Assembly (NCBI GenBank): GCA_021801385.1
Contig: JAJYYC010000002.1
Coordinates: 45,238 to 109,237 of the forward strand
Direction of reading: 5' to 3'
Source: Candidatus Micrarchaeota archaeon
GTDB taxonomy: Archaea; Micrarchaeota; Micrarchaeia; Micrarchaeales; Micrarchaeaceae
DNA length: 64,000 nucleotides
Of the stretch, positions 9,365-16,661 are shown one piece after another. The notes beneath the pieces were generated by a model. The model did no database searches. It was not told where the DNA came from and saw nothing but the letters and a program-made list of their open reading frames with translations. How positions within the stretch are numbered: position 1 is the first letter of the stretch; each line of letters begins with the position of its first letter. The position numbers were made by a program, and so were the translations under genes.

Positions 9365-10414
9365 TTACCATGCATATTTCATGCCACCTTTAAATGCACG
9401 GATTATTTTTAGTAGATTAGGTAATAAGGAGGGGTATTTAAGCGCTTTTAGTTTAGTAGTTGTTGGAAGATTTAACAGATCTTTATCGTGAGTAAGTTTG
9501 CCTATTATTTCAAGTTCTTTTTGATTTAATGATAAAATAGTTTTCATCGCTAAACTATAGCTTTTTGAGAATGCAGGATGCGAACGTATTTTTTGTTCAT
9601 AGGAACTAGAAAATCCATTTTTTAAGCAATACGTAAGTATATCAGATGCATAAACGATAGCAGCCAGCCCTCCTTTGCTAAATGCGTTTGCCATACCTGC
9701 AGAATCTCCAACTAAAAAGTATTTGTCTTCGTGTATTTTAGAGCCATTAAATGGTATTGTGTAACCTTCTTTTTTAAGAATTTCTCCAGAAATTTTATAT
9801 TTTTTACAAAAGTTATCTAATTTTTTAAGATTTCCAATTACACCTACATTAAAGTAATCTTTTTTTGGAAAATTCCAACCGTATAAATCAGAGATGTCTA
9901 GATCCCAATAGAATTCTAATAAATCATGATTTTCCCAATCAAGCTTCATTTTATACTGCATTGCTGTACACATATCTACTTTTCCTCCTATTTTTTGTCT
10001 CACTTTTGATATGGGTCCGTCAGCACCAATTATAACGCTTTCGTTTAATTTAGACACATCTTTTATTTCTGAATTAAAAATTACTTGACCACCATTCTTT
10101 TCAAAATGTCTTCTAATTCCATCAATCCATTTTTCACGTTCTAACACATATCCATATTCATACGTAAATGTATAATAGTTACCAGGAAAAATGTTTTTTA
10201 ATCCGTCTATACTAGAAGAAAAATATGGTGCTGAGTCAAATCCTGTATCGTGCCTTAACTTTAAAATTGCAGTGTGTGAAATTCCTTCACCACAAGGTGT
10301 ACTAATAACCCGTTCGTTCTTTTCATATATTGTAACTTTAAAACCTGCTTTAACTAAGTAACTACCGGCTATTACACCGGCCGGTCCCCCGCCAATTATA
10401 CCAATGTCTTTCAT
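9365..10414 (-). CDS. FAD-dependent geranylgeranyl-reductase-family oxidoreductase
   Basis: N-terminal IGIIGGGPAGVIAGSYL (GxGxxG), YGWNFPKKDYFNVGV (GGR-type YxWxFPK motif) and LVGDSAGMANAFSKGG. Confidence 0.8.
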   Translation of the reverse strand: MKDIGIIGGGPAGVIAGSYLVKAGFKVTIYEKNERVISTPCGEGISHTAILKLRHDTGFDSAPYFSSSIDGLKNIFPGNYYTFTYEYGYVLEREKWIDGIRRHFEKNGGQVIFNSEIKDVSKLNESVIIGADGPISKVRQKIGGKVDMCTAMQYKMKLDWENHDLLEFYWDLDISDLYGWNFPKKDYFNVGVIGNLKKLDNFCKKYKISGEILKKEGYTIPFNGSKIHEDKYFLVGDSAGMANAFSKGGLAAIVYASDILTYCLKNGFSSSYEQKIRSHPAFSKSYSLAMKTILSLNQKELEIIGKLTHDKDLLNLPTTTKLKALKYPSLLPNLLKIIRAFKGGMKYAW

Positions 10415-10442
10415 TAGCTCAGTATAAATTAATCAAACTAAA

Positions 10443-10454
10443 CTATATAAATTT
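10443..10454 (+). promoter_or_regulatory. TATA-box-like element upstream of the mini-ORF
   Basis: ctatataaattt lies about 40 nt upstream of ATG 10495. The same CTATATAAAT core is seen upstream of the DUF929 gene. Confidence 0.35.
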
Positions 10455-10494
10455 ACCTGTCAAAATATTATTGAGTGAAATGAGGTGAATATTT

Positions 10495-10542
10495 ATGATA
10501 CTCCAAATGTTCGGTGGAGGTGCTAGTGGACCAGGAGGTTAA
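10495..10542 (+). CDS. 15-codon mini-ORF, MILQMFGGGASGPGG
   Basis: ATG 10495 is preceded by GAGGTGA (10482-10488, 6-nt spacer) and a TATA-like box, and the ORF ends at TAA 10540-10542. It is too short for the ORF track, and expression is unproven. Confidence 0.3.
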   Translation: MILQMFGGGASGPGG

Positions 10543-10554
10543 TTAAGCATAAGA

Positions 10555-11895
10555 TCATTCATATTTTTCTTTTTGACCTAATTTAAGTCCGTAGTTTTTT
10601 GTTAAAATATCGTAAATGTTAGTATAGGTAGGGTCAAAATTTCTATAGCAAAATTCACCTAATATAATATTTGTTACAACTAAACTTTCGGTTCTAGAAC
10701 CGCTAATGTTGCTCAAAATATTATCCGTAGATGCAATATCATGTTCATTAAATATCGGTGTTATATGTAGCACACCATCTGGTATACCAATATCCTCGGC
10801 AAATAAGTACTTGTTTATTATTCCCCGTTTTGATATAAGTTCTAATAGCCATTTTTGACGGGATTCACTAAATAATTTATAATTGTTTATTTTCATTATA
10901 AAAATTCCGTTAAATTTAAAACCTATTGGTTTTATTGTTATTGTTGTTCTGTTAATTATACCCTTGGTTTTTAATTTATAGAAAATATAGTTTGTGTGTC
11001 CGCTTTCCAACCCTAATTTTCGATCGATGTTTCTAAACTCTTCGTTGCCGTTTTTAACTAGCTCGTTCATAACTTTGCATTCTAATTTTCCAAACCATTT
11101 ATTTATTTTGTTTTTTTCCGCGCTTTGTTTAACCATTTCAAGAAACGGGTTGCGAGGCATTATCACACTTGATTCAGAAGTAAATGTTATGCTCAAATAC
11201 ATTTCAGCGGAATAATTTCTTAATATAGTTTGGCTCCTTAGTTCGTAAAAAAATTTAGATAACGATTCGTCTTTTTTCATATAAAAAATAATTATTAGAT
11301 TAAATTCCCCTTTTGTTTCTGCAATTAATATAACATTGGGATTATTTTCAAATTCTGCTTTTAATTCCGAAGGGCTCGGTTTTTGTTCTAAAAATTTAGC
11401 CAATACAACATAAGTATGGTACCCTAGATTAAATGTATTTATATCTGCAAAATATCTTATTTTATATTTAGCCTCCAGCCGCTTAACAAAGTGCCTTGTT
11501 CCTGTCACCGACATTCCAATCCTTTTTGATAGCAGGTTCATGCTCATCCTGCCGTTCATGCTCAGGTTCCTGATTGCTATTTCCTCACGTTTATCATATT
11601 CCTCGTTACCAAAGGTTTGCTGTGTTTTGTTCTTTGATTCCAAACTAGCTAACTGTCGCTGCTCCTTCGATAAGTATTTGCCTTCATTGGTTATGTGTCC
11701 TATGTAGTATGTCTTTACTATTGTCTTTCTTCTGACATTGTCCCTTACTGTTTCATATTCGTAGACGTAGTAATGGTTGTTTATTTTATGCAGCGAAAGT
11801 TTCTTGCCGAGTTCCTGCTTAAGCGCATCAAATGTGTCTTGCACTTCCTTTGGCGTTTCTCTCATTTGCACCATTTTAATTGCATAAATACCCAT
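10555..11895 (-). CDS. large transcription regulator with two Lrp/AsnC-like (HTH + ligand-binding) modules
   Basis: 446 aa. IRNLSMNGRMSMNLLSKRIGMSVTGTRHFVKRLEAKYKIRYFADIN (HTH_AsnC-like) is followed by a RAM-like segment. A second HTH-like segment is VMNELVKNGNEEFRNIDRKLGLESGHTNYIFYKLKTKGII. The N-terminal 90 aa are unassigned. Confidence 0.6.
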   Translation of the reverse strand: MGIYAIKMVQMRETPKEVQDTFDALKQELGKKLSLHKINNHYYVYEYETVRDNVRRKTIVKTYYIGHITNEGKYLSKEQRQLASLESKNKTQQTFGNEEYDKREEIAIRNLSMNGRMSMNLLSKRIGMSVTGTRHFVKRLEAKYKIRYFADINTFNLGYHTYVVLAKFLEQKPSPSELKAEFENNPNVILIAETKGEFNLIIIFYMKKDESLSKFFYELRSQTILRNYSAEMYLSITFTSESSVIMPRNPFLEMVKQSAEKNKINKWFGKLECKVMNELVKNGNEEFRNIDRKLGLESGHTNYIFYKLKTKGIINRTTITIKPIGFKFNGIFIMKINNYKLFSESRQKWLLELISKRGIINKYLFAEDIGIPDGVLHITPIFNEHDIASTDNILSNISGSRTESLVVTNIILGEFCYRNFDPTYTNIYDILTKNYGLKLGQKEKYE

Positions 11896-12267
11896 ATTTA
11901 TGGTTTTTGTGTGAGTTATGATTTAACCAAACATTGTTAATGTAGGAAAAGTTTTGTAAATCTTTTCAGTTTAGTTGAAATTTTGATTTTTGGTTTTTTA
12001 TTTGTGTATTGGGTGGTTGTGTGTTATTTTTCAGAGTATGTAACATAACGGAATTGGACAAAAACTTTATATATGATTCAGGCTACAAATCTTTTGTTAG
12101 TATGTGCCAATATGCCCCTGGAAAAAGTGGAGTACTCATTCTTATCCGCTGGCGTTAGCTACGCTATCGTAACTGAAAGGCGCAATCTTGTAAAATGGCA
12201 TGTCGGAGAGGCATGTTTTCAATTTTAGTGGTTACTTAGCCCCCGAGCTATGCTTTAGTTAGGTGTA

Positions 12268-13536
12268 ATGATGGAAAACAAAAATAACAACAAAAAAATA
12301 TATTCAACAAGTGAAGTATCTGGGATGCTTCGTGGCTTAGGCAGTGGATATCATGGATCGAACAATTTTCCGAATTTTGTTCTTAGAGATTATTTGAGGC
12401 TGAATAAGCCCCTCTCTTTTGAGTTAGGGTATTCGGTTGGGTTATTTGCAATATATCCTGGGAACGCGGCGCTGATGCAGGATAAAAACCTTCAAAACCT
12501 ATTTGGGAAGCCGGAACTTGCTAAGATCCAATCAAATGCACTATTATCCTCACTTTATAACAGAGCAACAATGGAGCACGGGCATGAGCAGCTCGCAGGA
12601 ATTGTGGCATCTGTTATAGATTATGACATAGGTGGCTCTCAACATGTGAAGTTATCTCCTTTATCAGAAGTTGTCTGCGATAATTGTGGGACAGGAGGAG
12701 ATAGGATAGGAACCTTTCACATAAGCACAATTGCTGCGTTTATAGCGGCTGCGCATGGCATGAGAATGGCAAAGCATGGATCACCAGGAAATGCAAGACA
12801 GTCCGGCAGTAGCGATATGATAAACGCACTTGGCATAGACAATATGCCAGAACCAAATAAAGTAGAGCGGGCTATAGATAATGTCGGGTTTGCTTATATA
12901 GAAGCACTGGACACCCGTTATAAAAGTATACACGTACAGACCCATGAATTTGCCAGATTTGCACATATGAACGACATAATAGGGCCAATGACGAATCCCG
13001 TAGACCCATCAAAACTACAGATAAAGCTTTTAGGAACCAACGCCATAGTGAGCCCGATAACGATAGCACTTGCTTATAAGAAGCTGAACGAACTTGGTGT
13101 GACAAACATCAAAAGGGGGCTTTTTGTAAGAGGATACCTTAATGGTGACACTACGATCACAACAGATGAGGTATCAATAATGAGAGGAGGCACGGAGGCG
13201 GCCCTGTTAGATAATGGCAGAATAACCAAAATGCACATTAATTTCAGCTCGTTTGGATTTGAACACCCCGTTCGCGTAGAAGACATACGCCCGAGATATA
13301 ACACGAAAGACGGAAGAATAGGGTATTCGTTAGAAGTTATTAATGGCAATGCACCGAATGGGGCAATCAATACATTGCTGGCCAATTCAGCCGCCATAAT
13401 TGCACTAAACATGGAAAAGATCGATTTTATTGAGGCTACAAAGATGGCTGAAACCGTATTTAAGTCTGGAGGTCATATTGATATAATAAATAGCGTAAAA
13501 ACCGCACTGCCATTGAGGGAAGAGGTTGTTTTGTGA
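12268..13536 (+). CDS. glycosyl-transferase family 3 protein (anthranilate phosphoribosyltransferase-like, divergent)
   Basis: CDNCGTGGDRIGTFHISTIAAFIAAAHGMRMAKHGSPGNARQSGSSDMINALGI aligns with the TrpD core D.xGTGGD..TFNiST...KHGNRs.SS.sGSaD.leaLG. The NRS segment is replaced or expanded. Confidence 0.75.
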   Translation: MMENKNNNKKIYSTSEVSGMLRGLGSGYHGSNNFPNFVLRDYLRLNKPLSFELGYSVGLFAIYPGNAALMQDKNLQNLFGKPELAKIQSNALLSSLYNRATMEHGHEQLAGIVASVIDYDIGGSQHVKLSPLSEVVCDNCGTGGDRIGTFHISTIAAFIAAAHGMRMAKHGSPGNARQSGSSDMINALGIDNMPEPNKVERAIDNVGFAYIEALDTRYKSIHVQTHEFARFAHMNDIIGPMTNPVDPSKLQIKLLGTNAIVSPITIALAYKKLNELGVTNIKRGLFVRGYLNGDTTITTDEVSIMRGGTEAALLDNGRITKMHINFSSFGFEHPVRVEDIRPRYNTKDGRIGYSLEVINGNAPNGAINTLLANSAAIIALNMEKIDFIEATKMAETVFKSGGHIDIINSVKTALPLREEVVL

Positions 13537-14369
13537 ATATCAGAAACATGTTCAGGTCAAAAAAGCCAGTTATAGGAGCCCTGCATTTCATGCCCCTTCT
13601 CGGATATCCAGGGTTCAGAGGTTTGGACATTGTTTTGGCCGCTGCCGTGAAGGATCTGCACGCATTGCAAGATGGAGGTATTGATGGGATAATACTTGAA
13701 AACAACTATGATATACCACACAAGATAAGCGTTGGTCCGGAGACTATTGCTTCAATGACATACCTATGCTCAGAACTCGCCAAGATTTCAACCGTGCCGT
13801 TAGGGGTAAGCGTACTTTGGAATGACTTTAAGGCTGGCTTGGCAATAGCTAAGGTTATTGGAGCAAAGTTTGTGAGGGTTCCAGTATTTGTGGACGACGT
13901 TGAAACGGATTTTGGCATAATATATTGCAACCCGAAGGAGGTTTTAGATTACAGATCCAATTTGGGTGCTGATGATGACATTGCAATTTTTGCAGACATA
14001 CAGGTAAAGCACGCAAGAATGTTAAAGAGCGTGCAGATAGAGGAGTCGGCAGCGTTGGCCCAGTCTCAAGGTGCTGATGCGATAATAGTTACGGGCAAAT
14101 GGACTGGTGATGCACCGTTGGTTGCGGATATTAAAAGGGCAAAATCCGCTGTTAAGATACCAGTACTTGTGGGCAGCGGCATGGATATTAACAATGCTGC
14201 TGAGCTCTTAACATATTCTGATGGGGCGATAGTGAGCACTTCGGTGAAAAATGACGAGATCGCATCTGCGAATGAGAGAAATGTGAAATCATGCAACAGT
14301 AGGGTAAGCAAAGATAAAGTAAAAATGCTCATGAACGAAGTAAAAAGTATTATTCATGCCGATAACTAA
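13533..14369 (+). CDS. BtpA/SgcQ-family predicted TIM-barrel protein
   Basis: KPVIGALHFMPLLGYPGF ... LQDGGIDGIILENNYDIP matches the BtpA signature (iG.vHl.PLpGsP ... GvDgiivEN..D.P). The GTG start overlaps the upstream stop (GTGA). Confidence 0.7.
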   Translation: MNIRNMFRSKKPVIGALHFMPLLGYPGFRGLDIVLAAAVKDLHALQDGGIDGIILENNYDIPHKISVGPETIASMTYLCSELAKISTVPLGVSVLWNDFKAGLAIAKVIGAKFVRVPVFVDDVETDFGIIYCNPKEVLDYRSNLGADDDIAIFADIQVKHARMLKSVQIEESAALAQSQGADAIIVTGKWTGDAPLVADIKRAKSAVKIPVLVGSGMDINNAAELLTYSDGAIVSTSVKNDEIASANERNVKSCNSRVSKDKVKMLMNEVKSIIHADN

Positions 14370-14443
14370 TGCTCTTTTTCATCATCCATTTTATATGATT
14401 TTATTCTGAAGATTTTGGCGTTGGCGATTTACCCTTAACACAA

Positions 14444-15307
14444 TCAGATGTTGCGCTCGCGTATTTTGTGCCCCAGTTCCTTTGCCTTTGCGCGCAGATG
14501 GTGCCTCATTTCCTCTGTCTTGGGTTTTATGTGAATTCCCATGGGCTTTGTTGGTATTCCTTCATCCTCTAACCCTTTTACCTTATTAGGGTTGTTAGTC
14601 ATGAGAAGCACTGAATTGACTCCGATAGATTTAAGCATCTCTGCTGCGATCATGAACGAACGCCCTTCGTTTTTAAGGCCCATTTTTAAGTATGCTTTGT
14701 ATACGCTCAGAGGTTTTCCTGATTTGTCCTTCCTTTCGGTTATGCGTCCTTTGTTCCACTCGAACACCATATTGTAGGCCTTGACCTTTGCAGCCAGCCC
14801 GTATCCTGCGCCCTCCTGGTCCAGATACACCAAAACCCCTCTCCCTTTTCTTCGTATCTGTCGCATCGCCTTATCCAGTTCCTCTCTGCACTCGCAGTTT
14901 GTCGCATGGAAGAGCTCGCTGGTCTCGCACTTCGAATGCACCCTTACCAGTACGTTCTTCCCATCTCCAAGAGAACCGTTCTTGTAGTCCCCGTACACGA
15001 GCGCCGAATGCAGCGCGCCGGTGGTGTAGTCTCCGAATATCAAGTATGTCCAATTACCGAATTGCGTATGAAGGGGTGTCGATGCCAGAAGCTTAGATGC
15101 CCCATGACCTCCTCTTGTCAGGGATAATCTGGCGTTTTCTTCCTTTACCCATGGTTTCTCCCAGCGCACCTCAGTATCAATTATCCATTGCGGTTTGCTT
15201 TTTTCATAGGCCATAAAATCCTTGCAGTAAGATAGTCTTTGCATTAAATAGCTATATGCCTTTACCCATCGGTTTCTTATGGAGGCATAGATATGATCTT
15301 TTGCCAA
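14444..15307 (-). CDS. GTP cyclohydrolase II (RibA)-like protein with a roughly 110-aa N-terminal extension
   Basis: VRVHSKCETSELFHATNCECREELDKAM keeps the three zinc Cys of RibA (HSEC...CDCG.QL). GRGVLVYLDQEGAGYGL and LLMTNNPNKV follow. The sequence is divergent (EGRGIGL becomes EGAGYGL, plus an internal insertion). Confidence 0.7.
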   Translation of the reverse strand: MAKDHIYASIRNRWVKAYSYLMQRLSYCKDFMAYEKSKPQWIIDTEVRWEKPWVKEENARLSLTRGGHGASKLLASTPLHTQFGNWTYLIFGDYTTGALHSALVYGDYKNGSLGDGKNVLVRVHSKCETSELFHATNCECREELDKAMRQIRRKGRGVLVYLDQEGAGYGLAAKVKAYNMVFEWNKGRITERKDKSGKPLSVYKAYLKMGLKNEGRSFMIAAEMLKSIGVNSVLLMTNNPNKVKGLEDEGIPTKPMGIHIKPKTEEMRHHLRAKAKELGHKIRERNI

Positions 15308-15550
15308 AGTCCACTTTATAAAAATAATTTTTATTTATTGTACTTTGAATACTTTAGCTTTTATTCTCTCCATTCTAGCCGAGATACATGAGTGGGCCTA
15401 ACCGCCCTGAACGCCACAGGATACGCGTTTGGTGCTCCTGTTTCCGGCAGATGGAAAGGGCATCCTGCAGCAGTCCGGCGAGTATCAGTTTTAGTTGGGG
15501 TTTCTGTCCACTACCTTTGCCATAATCGCAGGCGCCAGATCGTACGGTTT

Positions 15551-16225
15551 TTAATGCACGCTCTCATCACCAACAGAGCCGTATAACGCATTTGTGCGGT
15601 TGACTGATGCCCATCTTCTGTCACCGTAAGACCAATGCCACCATTCTCTCGGATTTCCGACAAAACCTGCTGATACCATTGTGGTTATCAGCAGCTGACG
15701 GTTTGAGGCCTGGTTTGCGGATAGGCTATCACACACCATATTCGCCATCGGACTTACCGTGTTTATCGGCGTCCCCATATCCAACTCGTTTCCGTTCCCG
15801 TCAAGTATGGTGAGATCCAGCGCTCCGCCCGTTGTATGTGGCGGCACCACCTTTGGGTTTGCAACCCATTTGTCTGTCTCTGTACATAGCTCTTCTTCAC
15901 TCAACTGTGGATTTTTTACCCTTATCTCTTCCATGACCTGGTTGTACAGTTTCTTTTGTGCTTCAATTGGTCTGTATCCGTCTGTAATCCTGAATCTGAA
16001 TCCCTTTGGAAGTGCGATTGCCGCGGATTTTAGCATGATAACCGCAGTTAAGCGCAGCATGCATGTTCCATCTGGTATATTCTGCTCGTTTTTTGATATA
16101 TTTTCTATATCAATCACTGCGTTCCGCACTTTCTCCGCTATGTTTACGAGCGGTTCGCCTGATTCCCTTATTGGAATCCTGATCAGTTCTTCGTTTGTCA
16201 TCACTTTTGCTATCCCTCCAGTCAT
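15551..16225 (-). CDS. D-alanyl-D-alanine dipeptidase (VanX/DdpX, peptidase M15D)
   Basis: PPHTTGGALDLTI (HxxGxAxD zinc motif) and PREWWHWSYGD (E-W-W-H motif), with the DGYRP region upstream. Confidence 0.85.
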   Translation of the reverse strand: MTGGIAKVMTNEELIRIPIRESGEPLVNIAEKVRNAVIDIENISKNEQNIPDGTCMLRLTAVIMLKSAAIALPKGFRFRITDGYRPIEAQKKLYNQVMEEIRVKNPQLSEEELCTETDKWVANPKVVPPHTTGGALDLTILDGNGNELDMGTPINTVSPMANMVCDSLSANQASNRQLLITTMVSAGFVGNPREWWHWSYGDRRWASVNRTNALYGSVGDESVH

Positions 16226-16229
16226 CAGA

Positions 16230-16661
16230 TCATCTCACCGTTCTGAGTAGCACGGCCCTTCTGTGTGCGTGGGTTTTGCCTTCTCTAGTCTTTATCGTTC
16301 CGAACGGAATGCTTAATACCCTGCGGTCTGGGTCCTTAAAACTGAGCTGCTCTCTAAGTCCGGTCAGTGTCAAAAGCGCAACCTCTGCGTCTACGCGCGC
16401 GTGTTCAAGGTGCGCGAATGGATAGATCACTATGTCCATTACCCCTAGTTCCGATGCTATGTTGCTTATTATGCTCGCCGCCCTTATGTGCGACCCATTT
16501 TCCTGGTCTGCTGATTCCACATTGACATAAACTACCAACGAGTTCCCTACTTCAAACAGATTGGAGTTAGTTGTGGGTTTCTGCGGTTCAAATTCGCAGG
16601 GTTTGTCGACCACCTCGCACCTGAAGTATACCATGTGTTCCAGAAGCATCTTCATCTGCAT
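16230..16661 (-). CDS. free-standing archaeal threonyl-tRNA-synthetase editing domain (tRNA-Thr_ED, DTD-like fold)
   Basis: As far as I recall the Pyrococcus ThrRS N-terminal editing domain, it aligns along its whole length: MKMLLEHMVYFRCEV / MRVLLIHSDYIEYEV, SLVVYVNVESADQEN / VLVAFISVEKVDEKN, IVIYPFAHLEH / VFVYPFAHLSS, and IPFG...K...H. Only about 140 aa, with no catalytic or anticodon-binding domain. Confidence 0.75.
   Translation of the reverse strand: MQMKMLLEHMVYFRCEVVDKPCEFEPQKPTTNSNLFEVGNSLVVYVNVESADQENGSHIRAASIISNIASELGVMDIVIYPFAHLEHARVDAEVALLTLTGLREQLSFKDPDRRVLSIPFGTIKTREGKTHAHRRAVLLRTVR

Noticed and set aside
6939-12267. Integrated mobile element (virus or plasmid) explaining the AT-rich island
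   Set aside because: By eye I could find no integrase, transposase, tRNA attachment site or convincing flanking direct repeats. I report it only as a compositional island.
15385-15550. SRP (7S) RNA, suggested by a GGAA loop context and CUGUUU-like sequence
   Set aside because: The available GC-rich stretch is only about 165 nt, whereas archaeal SRP RNA is about 300 nt. The helix-8 consensus around the GNAR loop and the AGCA motif is not reproduced. I kept it only as a generic structured-RNA candidate.
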